From an uncultured Candidatus Binatia bacterium (lineage in GTDB: Bacteria; Desulfobacterota; Binatia; UBA9968; JAJDTQ01): 64,000 nucleotides of DNA. The notes beneath the pieces were generated by a model that had not been told where the DNA came from, did not search any database, and saw only the letters and a program-made list of their open reading frames with translations. Of the stretch, positions 15,033 to 25,168 are shown one piece after another (position 1 is the first letter of the stretch; every line of letters begins with the position of its first letter). A program made the translations under genes and the position numbers. Where the stretch lies: positions 2,080,001 to 2,144,000 of the forward strand of contig OZ251459.1 of assembly GCA_965242525.1 (NCBI GenBank), read 5' to 3'.

Positions 15033-17783
15033 ATGCACGAGAATGAGATCCGGTTCGAGTTGAACGGCAGGACGCGCCGGGCCGCGGTGGCCCCGGAACT
15101 GCTGCTGTCGGACTTCCTGCGGCGCTCGTTGGGGCTTCGGGGCGTCAAGACCAGTTGCGAGGTGGAGGTGTGCGGCGCCTGCACGGTGCTGCTGGACGGC
15201 CGCCCGGTGAGTTCCTGCGCCACCCTGGCCCGGGAGATCGACGGCCGCTCGCTGGTGACCATCGAGGGGTTGGCCGACGGGGACGAGCTGCACCCGGTGC
15301 AGGAGGCGTTCTGGGAAGAAGCGGGGTTCGAGTGCGGCTTCTGCACGCCGGGCATGGTCCTTGCGGCCTGCGCCCTGCTCCACGAGAACCCGGACCCGTC
15401 GGAGGACGCGATCAAGGCCGCGCTGGACGGCAACATCTGCCGCTGTACCGGCTACCTTTCCATCATCCGGTCGGTGCGGAGGGCCGCGGAGTTGCTGCGC
15501 GGGCAGGGGGCAGCCCCTGCGAGGCCCGCGGACGAGCGCCGGCTCGACGGCGCCGCCAAGGTGCGGGGGGAGCCGGTGTACACCGCGGACCTGACGCGCC
15601 CGGACATGCTCCATGCGCGGGTACTGCGCAGTCCCCACGCCCACGCCCGCATCCTGGGCATCGACACCGCGGCCGCGGAGGCCCATCTCGGGGTGGCCGC
15701 GGTGCTCACGTCCGCGGACCTGCAGGACATCTCCCCCTACTACGGCCCGCTGGTGAAGGACATCCCGGTGCTGGCCGTGGACAAGGTCCGCTATGAAGGA
15801 GACCCGGTGGCGGCCGTGGCCGCGGAGACCCCGGAGGCGGCGACCGAGGCGCTGGGGCTCATCCGCGTGGAGTACGAGCCGCTGCCGGCGCTCCTGACCC
15901 TGGATGCGGCCCTGGACCCCGACGCCCCTCCCCTGCACGAGTCCGTGAGCGAGCACGGCACGAAATACCCCGGTTATCCCGACATCGACGACGAGGCCCG
16001 GAAGCACGCCAACGTGAGCTTCCACTACGAGCGCAGCCAGGGCAGCGTCGAGGAAGGGTTCGCCGCCTCGGAACGGGTCTTCGAGCACACCTTCGAGTTC
16101 CCCAAGGTCTCCCACTACTCCATGGAGCCGCAACTGGTCCTGGCCGAGTGGCGCGACGACGGCGTCACCGTATGGGCCTCGACCCAGCACCCGTTCCTCA
16201 TCCGCCGGGAGTTGGCCGAGATGTTCGGCCTGCCGCAGGAGCGCGTGCGGCTGGTGGCGCCGCTGGTGGGCGGGACCTACGGCAACAAGAACCACACCAA
16301 GCTCGAACCCCTGGCGGTGGCCCTGGCGCGCAAGGCGCGGCGTCCGGTGTTCCTGCACCTCTCCCTCGAAGAGGAGTCCCGCACCGTGGGCAAACCGGCC
16401 ATGCGCGTCCGGCTCCGCACCGGGGTCGATGGGGACGGCCGCCTGCTGGCGCGGGATTGCCTGGTGCACGTGGACGGCGGGGCCTACTCGGACTCGGGAC
16501 CCCGGGTGACCCAGAAAGCGGGCTACCGGGCGCCCGGACCCTACCGTATCCCCCATCTCCGGTCCCACGCCTATACCGTCTATACCAACACGGTCCCCGC
16601 GGGCGCCTTCCGCGGCATGGGCACGCCCCAGGTGGTGTGGGCCTACGAGTCCCAGATGGACATGATAGCCCATGAGATGGGATGGGACCCGGTGGAGTTC
16701 CGGCTCGGGAACTTCCTTCGGAAGGGGGAAGCTTTCGCGCCGGGGGAGACGCCCCTCGACTGCGACTTGGCACAGGGCCTGCTGCGGGCCGCCCGGGAGA
16801 TCGGCTGGGGCGAGGAGGGAGCCGCGGACGCGGACTGCGGCATCGGCTTCAGTTGCGGGGTTAAGGACGGCGGCGGCAACTACAAGGTCTCGTGTGCGCG
16901 GGTGGAGATCGACGACGCCGGAACGGTCACGCTGCACGAAGGCACGGTGGAGATCGGACAGGGCTCCCACACCGCCCTCTCCCGGATCGTTGCGCGCGAG
17001 CTCGGGGCGGCGCCGTCCGCGGTGCGGCTGGCCCCGCTGGACACGGACTCGACGCCCTTCGACATGGGGACCTACGCCAGCAGCGGAACCACGGTCATGG
17101 GCCTCGCGGTCCAGAAGGCCGCGCAGGCGGTCCGGCGGCAGCTCGTCGAGGCCGCCCGTTCACTGGCCGGGAACCCTGCCGCCACCGTGATCCTCCGGCG
17201 CGGCGAGGCGCGCGTGGGGGAGGTCGCCTTTCCGTTCTCGACGCTGGTGCAGCGCCTGAAGGGCGCCGGGGGCGCCATCGTGGGAGAAGGCCGGCAGGAA
17301 AGCCCGCAGGACCCCGATGCCCCCCTCGGTGCGCGGGCGCCGTTCTGGGAAGTGGGATGGGGCGCCGCCAAGGTCCGCGTGGACCGGGAAACGGGCGAAG
17401 TCCGGGTCCTCAAGTACGTGTCCATCGCGGACGCGGGCAAGGCCATCAACCCCCAGCAGTGCCACACCCAGGAACAGGGCGCCTTCCTGCAGGGCCTGGG
17501 ACAGGCCCTGTTCGAGGAGACCGTCTATGAGAACGGCCTGATGCTGACGCCCGACGCCCTCACCTACCGGCTCCCCAAGGTCTCCGACCTGCCGGACGCT
17601 CTGGTGAACGTCATCTTCGAGGACGGCAACGGCGCCGGCCCCTACGGCGCCAAGGGGTTGGGGGAAAGCGGCATCCTCACCGTCCCGTCCGCCATCGCCA
17701 ACGCCGTGGCCCGGGCCGTGGGCGTGCGTATCACCCGCCTGCCGCTCACCGGCGAAAAGGTCTGGCGCGCCCTGAAGGGGTGA
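15033..17783 (+). CDS. Xanthine dehydrogenase/CoxL-family molybdopterin protein with fused N-terminal 2Fe-2S (CoxS-like) domain
   Basis: GAGGA RBS + ATG 15033; CEVEVCGAC, CGFCTPG, NICRCTGY; RSPHAHARI, AFRGMG, EIGQGS, GPYGAKGLGE. Confidence 0.9.
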   Translation: MHENEIRFELNGRTRRAAVAPELLLSDFLRRSLGLRGVKTSCEVEVCGACTVLLDGRPVSSCATLAREIDGRSLVTIEGLADGDELHPVQEAFWEEAGFECGFCTPGMVLAACALLHENPDPSEDAIKAALDGNICRCTGYLSIIRSVRRAAELLRGQGAAPARPADERRLDGAAKVRGEPVYTADLTRPDMLHARVLRSPHAHARILGIDTAAAEAHLGVAAVLTSADLQDISPYYGPLVKDIPVLAVDKVRYEGDPVAAVAAETPEAATEALGLIRVEYEPLPALLTLDAALDPDAPPLHESVSEHGTKYPGYPDIDDEARKHANVSFHYERSQGSVEEGFAASERVFEHTFEFPKVSHYSMEPQLVLAEWRDDGVTVWASTQHPFLIRRELAEMFGLPQERVRLVAPLVGGTYGNKNHTKLEPLAVALARKARRPVFLHLSLEEESRTVGKPAMRVRLRTGVDGDGRLLARDCLVHVDGGAYSDSGPRVTQKAGYRAPGPYRIPHLRSHAYTVYTNTVPAGAFRGMGTPQVVWAYESQMDMIAHEMGWDPVEFRLGNFLRKGEAFAPGETPLDCDLAQGLLRAAREIGWGEEGAADADCGIGFSCGVKDGGGNYKVSCARVEIDDAGTVTLHEGTVEIGQGSHTALSRIVARELGAAPSAVRLAPLDTDSTPFDMGTYASSGTTVMGLAVQKAAQAVRRQLVEAARSLAGNPAATVILRRGEARVGEVAFPFSTLVQRLKGAGGAIVGEGRQESPQDPDAPLGARAPFWEVGWGAAKVRVDRETGEVRVLKYVSIADAGKAINPQQCHTQEQGAFLQGLGQALFEETVYENGLMLTPDALTYRLPKVSDLPDALVNVIFEDGNGAGPYGAKGLGESGILTVPSAIANAVARAVGVRITRLPLTGEKVWRALKG

Positions 17784-17842
17784 CCCTGCCCCGTCTTTTC
17801 GGGCGCTTCCGGAGTTCGTGCGAGTTGCGACACTCCCCATCC

Positions 17843-17868
17843 CGTCATTCCCGCGAAAGCGGGAATCC
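17843..17868. repeat. REP family A palindrome (GTCATTCCCGCGAAAGCGGGAATCC)
   Basis: Hairpin TTCCCGC-GAAA-GCGGGAA; further copies at ~20006, 45370, 51125, 54960 and inverted at 55055. Confidence 0.85.
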
Positions 17869-18012
17869 AGACGGACGGCTACGGTTGGACGGACGGCCGC
17901 CTCGAACGTGGCTTTGGCGGTGGGTTTGGGCTATAGATCGTCGGTAGTCTTGGCCGGTCGGGAGGAGCGCAATGAAGGAGACAATCGGGTTTGCCGCGGG
18001 AAGGAGTTGCGA

Positions 18013-18240
18013 GTGATACGCGTGGATCCCCACAAGTGCGACGGATGCGGCATCTGCGTGTACGACTGCGGGGCCGACGTCTTCCGCTTCACCAACAAGA
18101 AGGACAAGGTCTTCCCCTTCGGCAACAAGTACTGCGTCAACTGCTTCCTGTGCGAACTGGTCTGCCCGGAAGACGCCATCGAGGTGGTGCTGCGGCCCGG
18201 CAAGAGGAAGGCCCCGGCGGACTCCCCGGCAGGAGAGTGA
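18013..18240 (+). CDS. 4Fe-4S dicluster ferredoxin (AprB-like)
   Basis: AAGGAG RBS + GTG; CDGCGICVYDC and CVNCFLCELVCP. Confidence 0.85.
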   Translation: MIRVDPHKCDGCGICVYDCGADVFRFTNKKDKVFPFGNKYCVNCFLCELVCPEDAIEVVLRPGKRKAPADSPAGE

Positions 18241-19910
18241 TGGATCCGGTCCCCACCACCGACTGCGACGTCCTCATCATCGGCGGCGGGCTGGCCGCGT
18301 GCATGGCGGCGCTGGAAGCGTCCAAGCGCAACATGGAAGTGGTGCTGGTGGACAAGGGGCGGCTCGGGCGAAGCGGCTCCAGCCCCACCTCCGGCGGCGT
18401 GCCCCAGGCGGCCTTCGGCCACGCCGACCCCCGTGACAGCAAGGAGATGCACTTCCGGGACACGGTGGTGGGGGGCGACTTCATCCCCGACCAGAAGATC
18501 GTCCGCGCCATCGTCGAGGACGTCACCGGGCGGGTCGTCGAACTGGAAGAGATGGGCCTGCGCTTCAAGAAGACCCCGGACGGCCTCAAGTTCTACCAGG
18601 AGAAGCGGCTCGGCAGTTCCTTCGCGCGCAGTTGTCCGCCAGTGGGGGGCAGCGTGGGCATGCTGGGGTCCCTCCGCAAGGAGGTGTTCAACCGGGAAGT
18701 GCAGGTGCACCAGTGGACAATGGTCACCAAGCTGTTCCGCGGGGACGGCCGCGTGACCGGGGCCTTCGGCGTCAACGTCCAGAACGGCGCCTACCGCGCG
18801 TACCGCGCCAGAGCGGTGGTGCTGGCCGCGGGCAGCGCCATCGCCATCCAGAAATACGCCAGCGCCAACTTCCTGACCACCGGCGACGCCTACGTGGCGG
18901 CCTTCGACGCCGGAGCCTCCCTGGCGAACCTGGAGTTCCTGGAGTTCACGCTGATCCCCGCTCCCGGGGGCGAGGCCATCTCCATGGCCGGGTTGTCCCC
19001 CTTCACCAGCAAGGGCGGCCGGTTCTTCAACGCGCTGGGAGAACGGTTCCTGGAACGGTACGACCCGGCGCGGCTCGAAGGCACGACCCGGGCCATACTC
19101 GTGGGCGCCGCCTACAAGGAGATGCTCGAAGGGCGCGGCCCGGTCTATCTGGACCCGTCCTACATCCCCGACGAGAAATGGGACGACGAGATCCAGTTCG
19201 AGTACTGCCCCAAGCTGGCCAAGGCCGGCGTCAACGGCCGCTCGGACCGTTTCGAGTGGGTGCCGGCGTTGCATACCTTCCTGGGCGGCCTCCACATCAA
19301 CGAGCGGTGCGAGACCGGGCTGGAGGGCCTCTACGCCTCGGGGGAGTCCGCCACCGGAACCCACGGCTCCAACCGGTTGTCCGGCAACGCCATCGCCAGC
19401 GCGTTCGCCCTGGGCAGCCGCTCCGGCAAGTTCGCCGCCATCCGTGCCGCGGACGCGGAGTTGACCGACCTCGACCCGAGCGAGACCGAAGCGGAGATCC
19501 AACGGATCGAGGCTTTCCAGGGAGAAGGCGGCCTCGACCCTACCGAGCTGCAACGGGAGATCCGGGAGACCGCCTGGGAGAGCACCGGCGTGGTCCGCAA
19601 CGAGCGGGGACTGACCGCGGGCCTGGACTGCTTCCGGGAGATCCGCCGCGAGAAGGTCCCGAGACTCAAGGCCGCCAACGTCCGCGACCTCATCAAGTCG
19701 CTGGAATGCTCGAACCTCTCCCGGGTCGGCGAGATGGTGGCCCGCTGCGCCCTGGAGCGCCGGGAATCCCGCGGCCAGCACACCCGCGAAGACTACCCCG
19801 CCCGCGACGACGCCAACTACCTGACCTGGATCACCGTGGAGAAGGATGGCGACGACGTCCGAACCGTCGCCAAGCCCATCCCCTTCAAGGAAGACGACCT
19901 GAGACCGTGA
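18240..19910 (+). CDS. FAD-dependent flavoprotein of the SdhA/FrdA/AprA/NadB superfamily
   Basis: IIGGGLAA, TTGD, HTFLGG, HGSNRLSGNA, RRESRGQHTREDYP. Confidence 0.88.
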   Translation: MDPVPTTDCDVLIIGGGLAACMAALEASKRNMEVVLVDKGRLGRSGSSPTSGGVPQAAFGHADPRDSKEMHFRDTVVGGDFIPDQKIVRAIVEDVTGRVVELEEMGLRFKKTPDGLKFYQEKRLGSSFARSCPPVGGSVGMLGSLRKEVFNREVQVHQWTMVTKLFRGDGRVTGAFGVNVQNGAYRAYRARAVVLAAGSAIAIQKYASANFLTTGDAYVAAFDAGASLANLEFLEFTLIPAPGGEAISMAGLSPFTSKGGRFFNALGERFLERYDPARLEGTTRAILVGAAYKEMLEGRGPVYLDPSYIPDEKWDDEIQFEYCPKLAKAGVNGRSDRFEWVPALHTFLGGLHINERCETGLEGLYASGESATGTHGSNRLSGNAIASAFALGSRSGKFAAIRAADAELTDLDPSETEAEIQRIEAFQGEGGLDPTELQREIRETAWESTGVVRNERGLTAGLDCFREIRREKVPRLKAANVRDLIKSLECSNLSRVGEMVARCALERRESRGQHTREDYPARDDANYLTWITVEKDGDDVRTVAKPIPFKEDDLRP

Positions 19911-19954
19911 GTGGGCACGCAATTCCCCGTAATGGACAGCGGGAGACATCGACA

Positions 19955-20035
19955 CGTGTCATTCCCGCAGACGCCCACCCCGTCATTCCCGCAGTGCCTA
20001 CCCACGTCATTCCCGCGAAAGCGGGAATCCAGACC
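19955..20035. repeat. REP family A cluster (two half copies + one full)
   Basis: GTCATTCCCGC repeated at 24-nt spacing, ending in the full palindrome. Confidence 0.8.
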
Positions 20036-20068
20036 TTGCGAGCAAAGCCCATGGCGCCCTGTAATGCT

Positions 20069-20161
20069 TTTCACGAAACCGGCGACCGGACGACGGTGCG
20101 GATCATCTCGGCACGGCCGGCTATGCGGAGCGAACAACGCCAGTTCGAGTCAGGTAGATGA
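20069..20161 (+). pseudogene. C-terminal remnant of BrnT-family toxin
   Basis: FHETGDRTTVRIISARPAMRSEQRQFESGR* (RIISAR motif); ATGA overlap with next gene; 5' part replaced by REP region. Confidence 0.7.
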
Positions 20162-20961
20162 GACGAGAGTACGACTTTTCCAAGGGTGAGCGAGGCAAGT
20201 TCTACCGCCAGGACGCCAAGGTGAACCTGCCGCGTCCCACCCGACGCCCTGTCTGGGCCGGTGGCGAGAACCGGATCGCCGACTTCATCACGGAGCAAAC
20301 CGAGAACACCCTCCGCGCCTATCGAGAGCAACCGAATCTCGTGACCGAGCACGCCAACCACGAGCACGATACGGCTCACGGCGGCTATGCCGATCGGCAG
20401 CTCTTCGAGTTGGTCCAGAACGGTGCGGATGCGCTGACCCACTCGGAGGGCGCGAGCATCCTGGTGCGCCTGACCGGGGAGTACCTCTATTGCGCCGACG
20501 ACGGAAAGCCCATCGACGAAGACGGTGTTCGAGCGCTGATGTCCTCCCACATGTCGAACAAGCGGGACACCGGCGAGATCGGACGCTTCGGACTCGGCTT
20601 CAAGTCGGTGCTGGGCGTCACGGACTCGCCCGAGTTCTACAGCCGTCCCGGTTCTTTCCGGTTCGACAGGAAATACGCCGCAAAGCGCATAGCCGAGGTC
20701 GCGCCAGCAGACCGCTATCCGGTACTCCGGTTACCGGTTCCGGTGGATGCCGGCAAAGCGTCGGAGGGAGACGAGGACCTGCGCGAGATGATGACGTGGG
20801 CGACGAACATCGTCCGCCTGCCCCTCGAACCGGGCACACGGGAAGACTTGGCCGAACAACTCAAGGCCTTTCTCCCGGAGTCCCTGCTCTTCGGCGATCA
20901 CGTCCGCTATCTGACCCTGGAGGACGGGGAGTGGTCCCGGGATTTCGCCTTCAAAGGGTGA
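20158..20961 (+). pseudogene. BrnA-like N-terminus fused to sacsin-type GHKL ATPase domain, truncated
   Basis: MRREYDFSKGERGKFY; FELVQNGADA, CADDGKP, IGRFGLGFKSV; stops right after the GHKL fold, with a short continuation in another frame. Confidence 0.7.
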
Positions 20962-21032
20962 ACGGCGAGCTTCGGCTCGACACCGGCGCAGGCTTCCCGA
21001 AACGGCACCGCACGTAGTGGATCCGCCCTTCC

Positions 21033-22040
21033 TCACACGTGCGGCAGCACGGCCGAGCCGAACAACTCCATGGACTGCAGGATGTCCCGTTGCTCCAGGC
21101 CCGGGGTCCAGTCGAAGCGGAGCAGGATCATGTCCGGTTCGAGGGATTCGGCGTAGGAGCGGATCTCGGCGATGCAGTCTGCGGGGGAGCCGAGGATGAA
21201 GCGGTGGCGGGCCAGGCGGTCGAAGTCCCAGGTGAGTTCGTCGGGGTTGGTCATGGCGTCGTCCTGGCCCCATTGGACGTACACGTCGCGGTAGAGCTTG
21301 TCGAGGCAGGGACGGGCCTTGGCCACGGCCTCGTCCCGGGTGGGGGCCACGAAGCATTCCCGGACCATGACGAGGGCGCCGGCGCCCGGTTTCTCCGTCT
21401 CCTTCCACGCCTGGCGGAACAGCGCCGCCTGGTCCCGCAGCTCCTCGATGGCGGAATGGGGTCCCACCAGCCAGCCGTCGCCGATGCGGGCCGCGCGCCG
21501 CACCCCCTTGTCGCCGTTGGCCGCGATCCACACGGGCGGGCGCGGCCGTTGCAGCGGCCGGGGCGCGATGGTCACGTCCTTCAGCCGGAACGCCTTGCCC
21601 GAGAACGACACGTGCTCCTCGGTCCACAGCCGCCGGACGATCTCCACCCCTTCCACGAAACGCTGGAACCGCTGTTGCCGGGTGAGGCCGAAGGCGTCCA
21701 ACTCCTGCTGCCGGTAGCCTAGCCCGAAGGAGAAGAACGAGCGCCCCTCGTTCATGACGTCGATGGTGGCCAGTTCCTTGGCGATGACCACCGGGTCGTG
21801 TAGCCCCAAGAGCGTGGCGGCCGTGCCCACCGCGCATTGGCGCGCTTCGGCGCAGAGCCGTCCCAGGAGCGGGACCTGGTGCAGCCGCTGGAAGCCCGGG
21901 ATGTTGTAGTGCTGCCCCATGGAGACGGCCTCGAAGCCTGCGGCGTCGGCCATCCGGACCTGCTCCGCCAGCGTGGGCAGGAGGGTCCGGGGCGGTTTTT
22001 CGATGGAAACCTGGGGGTTGAGCTGGATGCCGAACTTCAT
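21033..22040 (-). CDS. LLM-class flavin-dependent oxidoreductase
   Basis: MKFGI, AKELATID, GLGY, PPVWIAA, AARIGDGW. Confidence 0.88.
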   Translation of the reverse strand: MKFGIQLNPQVSIEKPPRTLLPTLAEQVRMADAAGFEAVSMGQHYNIPGFQRLHQVPLLGRLCAEARQCAVGTAATLLGLHDPVVIAKELATIDVMNEGRSFFSFGLGYRQQELDAFGLTRQQRFQRFVEGVEIVRRLWTEEHVSFSGKAFRLKDVTIAPRPLQRPRPPVWIAANGDKGVRRAARIGDGWLVGPHSAIEELRDQAALFRQAWKETEKPGAGALVMVRECFVAPTRDEAVAKARPCLDKLYRDVYVQWGQDDAMTNPDELTWDFDRLARHRFILGSPADCIAEIRSYAESLEPDMILLRFDWTPGLEQRDILQSMELFGSAVLPHV

Positions 22041-22102
22041 CCCGGACTCCCGTGGAACCTCTGTTCCATTCCGGCTCGAATTCCTTCTCTCTCCGGGAAA
22101 GT

Positions 22103-22142
22103 GCGTCCTTCGACTTCGCTACGCTACGCTCAGGACGAACGG
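22103..22142. repeat. REP family B (GCGTCCTTCGACTTCGCTTCGCTACGCTCAGGACGAACGG)
   Basis: 40-bp unit; near-identical copies at 45227, 50745, 54782 and inverted at 50988, 55331. Confidence 0.85.
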
Positions 22143-22259
22143 GAATCGTAGGGCGCCGTCACCCGGACGTCAGGCGTGGGAACCCCGAACATCTGCGCGA
22201 TCTCGGCGCGGATGAGGGACGGTGCGATGCGGCATGGCGGAGGCGGCGGTCCCGCGCCG

Positions 22260-22616
22260 TCACTTCCTGTCGTAGTAGCGCAGCTCGAAGGTGATGCAGC
22301 CGTTGGGGCTCTTGTAGGGGCCGTGCTTCATGCCCGGCGGGCGGCAGCCGTACATGCCCTTGGTGAACTCCTGGTTCAAGCGCGTGTCGATGAGGCTGCC
22401 CTCGACGATGATGACCTCTTCCCAGAAGTCGTGCTCGATGGTCTCGGTGGTCTCCACCCCGGCCGCGAAGTGGACCATGCGGGTGTAGTTGCCCGTGTCC
22501 TCGTCCTCGCTCAGGATCTTCTCGGTGACCCCGTCGGCCGCGGCTCCCGAGCCGGCGCCCACGGGGCGCCAGTCGATGGTGTCGGTGTCGAAGAACTCTC
22601 TTTCTTCCTTGGGCAT
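22260..22616 (-). CDS. ChrR-like cupin domain protein
   Basis: HDFWEEVIIVEGSL, CRPPGMKHGP; RBS upstream of ATG 22616. Confidence 0.8.
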   Translation of the reverse strand: MPKEEREFFDTDTIDWRPVGAGSGAAADGVTEKILSEDEDTGNYTRMVHFAAGVETTETIEHDFWEEVIIVEGSLIDTRLNQEFTKGMYGCRPPGMKHGPYKSPNGCITFELRYYDRK

Positions 22617-22633
22617 CTCTCCGCTCCCTCCCT

Positions 22634-23431
22634 TCAATCGATCAGGACCCGGTCGTGGAAACTCGTGAAGACCGACCGGGCCGCCCGGACCTGCGCCGCG
22701 TCGATCTCCGCGCGCACGATGCGCTCGCCGTCGCCCGCGGCCGCCAACGGCGTCCCCCAGGGGTCCGCCACCATGCTGTGCCCCACGAAGCCCTTGCCCC
22801 GGTTGGCGCCGGCGCAGTTGCTGGACACCAGGAAAACCTGGTTCTCCAGCGCACGGACCCGGTTGAACAGGAGCCACGCCTCCAGACGGGGATACGGCCA
22901 CGCCGAGGCCACCAGGAAGACCTCGGCCCCGGACACGGCCATGCCGCGGTAGAGCTCCGGGAACCGCAGGTCGTAGCAGGTGGAGAGGCCGAACGTCCCC
23001 AGTTCCGTTTCCACCACCGTCGGCGCGCGGCCCCGGGTCAGCAGCCTGGCTTCCTCGGACTGGTGGCCGAACAGGTGGATCTTGCGGTAGCTTCCGGCAA
23101 TGGCGCCCTGCCGGTCGATGAGCACGCTGGTGTTGTAGTACTCGCCCTGGTCCGCCTCCACGATGCTGCCGCCGAAGAGGAAGCAGCCCTTGGCCGACGC
23201 CTTCTCCCGCAGCATGGATACGGTGGGGCCGGAGAGGGTCTCGCTCTCGGCCCGGTAGGCGTCGAAGGCGAAGTAGCCGACGTTCCAGATCTCCGGGAGG
23301 AGGATCAGGTCCGCCCCGTCCACGCCGTCGATGAGCGCCGCGGCCCGGCGCAGGTTGGCCGCCTTGCCTCCGTCGTCCATCTTCATCTGGATGGACGCCA
23401 CGCGAATCCGTCGGTCTTTCTCCTTGCCCAC
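22634..23431 (-). CDS. Carbon-nitrogen hydrolase (nitrilase family)
   Basis: LPEIW, YRKIHLF, TCYDLRFPE catalytic triad. Confidence 0.9.
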   Translation of the reverse strand: MGKEKDRRIRVASIQMKMDDGGKAANLRRAAALIDGVDGADLILLPEIWNVGYFAFDAYRAESETLSGPTVSMLREKASAKGCFLFGGSIVEADQGEYYNTSVLIDRQGAIAGSYRKIHLFGHQSEEARLLTRGRAPTVVETELGTFGLSTCYDLRFPELYRGMAVSGAEVFLVASAWPYPRLEAWLLFNRVRALENQVFLVSSNCAGANRGKGFVGHSMVADPWGTPLAAAGDGERIVRAEIDAAQVRAARSVFTSFHDRVLID

Positions 23432-23453
23432 TGCGTACCTCGGGTGGCCGCGG

Positions 23454-24161
23454 TCAGGCCAGCCAGTCCATGGGGCGGATGTCGTACCGGAACGACAGCT
23501 CCCGCCCGAGCGCTTCGTCGGAAAGGCGGCCCTCGAACGTGGGCGAGAACAGCAACTCCTTGCCCAGGGTCGGCATGGTGCCCATGTACAGCACCATACC
23601 GTCGAGGGAACCGTCTTTCACCACCGCCCTGACGCCATCGAGGAACTCATCCACCGGCAGGAAGCCGGACAGGGAACCCTGCTGGTAGAGCGTCCGCTTG
23701 CCCTCCGACTCCACCCAGCTCTCCAGCGTCAGCCGGTCCCAGTGCGGCGCCGCGTCCTCCAGTTTCCACACTTGGCGGGAGACCACCTTGGGGCAGATGA
23801 CCTTGGACCGGGGGATGCTGTCCTTCTCCAACTCCCGGTCCGTGTGGTCGCTGCCCACGGCCACGTAGGTCTGCTCCCCCCGGAACAGGAAGACCGCCTC
23901 CACCTCGCCGGAGGTGGCGCCGCCCAGCACCTCGATCTCGTCGTCGGTGGTGATCATCTCCCGGGCCACCGCGTAGTAGGCCGGGATGCGGTCCGGCGCG
24001 GACACGCCGTGGGCCTTGAGCTCCTCCACGTGCTTCATGGCCTCGGCCCGGTTCCGGCCGGTGAACCCCGCGTCCAGGATCCGCGCCACCGGGAACTCCA
24101 GGTCCGAGCGCGTCCCGTCCTCGTGGACCACCGTCAGCTCGAGCGTACGCACGCGCGTCAC
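23454..24161 (-). CDS. DUF2848-family protein
   Basis: AGFTGRN..KHVEEL..GV, TSGEVE, VGSDHTDRELE; GTGA overlap with upstream gene. Confidence 0.8.
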   Translation of the reverse strand: MTRVRTLELTVVHEDGTRSDLEFPVARILDAGFTGRNRAEAMKHVEELKAHGVSAPDRIPAYYAVAREMITTDDEIEVLGGATSGEVEAVFLFRGEQTYVAVGSDHTDRELEKDSIPRSKVICPKVVSRQVWKLEDAAPHWDRLTLESWVESEGKRTLYQQGSLSGFLPVDEFLDGVRAVVKDGSLDGMVLYMGTMPTLGKELLFSPTFEGRLSDEALGRELSFRYDIRPMDWLA

Positions 24162-25168
24162 CCTCCTTCCCGCCGCCCGAAATGGGGCGCGATCCTCTCC
24201 GCGATCAAGTCCAGTTGGCGGATGTCCGGGGCCGCGGGTTGCAGGGTCACGTGCTCGACGCCGCACGCCTCCAGCACCTTCAGCTTCTCCACGATCTGGG
24301 GGATGCTGCCCACCATGTAGCACTCCCGGAGGTGGTCCCAACTCCGGTTGCTCCCCATCATGCGCTCCATGTGGGGCCGCTGGAGCCGCAGCGCTTCCTC
24401 CGGGTCCTCGGTATCCACCACGTAGGCGGCCTGCACGTGGGCGAAGCCCAGGGTGGCGGGGTCCCGGCCTACGGTCTTCAGGTAGGCGGCCACGGTCTCG
24501 AAGTCCCGCTGGACCCATTCGAGCTTCCCCGAGGCCCGGCAGGTGAAGACGTCCGCGTGCCGGGCGATGCGCTGCATCACGGTCTTCACCATGTAGGGCT
24601 TGTCGGGGGAAAGCTCGTCGGGGATGCGCGAGCCCCCGGCCACCCATACTTCGGGATACCGGGGAGGCATGGGGTCGATGGTGACGTCGTCGAACCGGAA
24701 GAACTCGCCCTCGAAGGAGACGTTCTTCCGAGTCAACAGGAGCTTCACCGCGTCCAGGATCTCGTCGGTGCGGCGGCCCCTCTCCCGCAGGTCGATGCCC
24801 ATGGCGTCGAACTCCGGCTTGCTCCATCCCGGCCCCACGCCGAAGAAGAACCGCCCGCCGGAGATGTAGTCGAGCGTCGCGACCTCCTTGGCCAGCAGCA
24901 CGGGATGGCGCAACGGCAACACGAGGATGTGCGTGCCCAGCCGGATGCGCTCGGTGCACGCCGCCGCGGCCGACAGGCAGACCAGGGGGTCCATCCACGA
25001 GCCGCCGTAGAGCCCCGGGGCGTCCGTCAGGTGGTCCCACACGGTCAGGGACTCGAACCCCAGTTCCTCCGTCCGTCTGGCGAACTCCTGCACCACGGTG
25101 TGCGCCATCCGGTAGTCCATGTCCGGCCACGTATAAGTGGGGATGGTAATGCCAAGCTTGAGACCCAC
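24158..25168 (-). CDS. LLM-class flavin-dependent oxidoreductase
   Basis: VWDH, RIRLGT, PVLLAKEVATLD, GVGPGW; GAGGAG RBS + GTG. Confidence 0.88.
   Translation of the reverse strand: MGLKLGITIPTYTWPDMDYRMAHTVVQEFARRTEELGFESLTVWDHLTDAPGLYGGSWMDPLVCLSAAAACTERIRLGTHILVLPLRHPVLLAKEVATLDYISGGRFFFGVGPGWSKPEFDAMGIDLRERGRRTDEILDAVKLLLTRKNVSFEGEFFRFDDVTIDPMPPRYPEVWVAGGSRIPDELSPDKPYMVKTVMQRIARHADVFTCRASGKLEWVQRDFETVAAYLKTVGRDPATLGFAHVQAAYVVDTEDPEEALRLQRPHMERMMGSNRSWDHLRECYMVGSIPQIVEKLKVLEACGVEHVTLQPAAPDIRQLDLIAERIAPHFGRREGG

Noticed and set aside
17991-19910. Calling the flavoprotein sdhA, nadB or aprA
   Set aside because: Diagnostic residues and partner genes are insufficient for a specific name.
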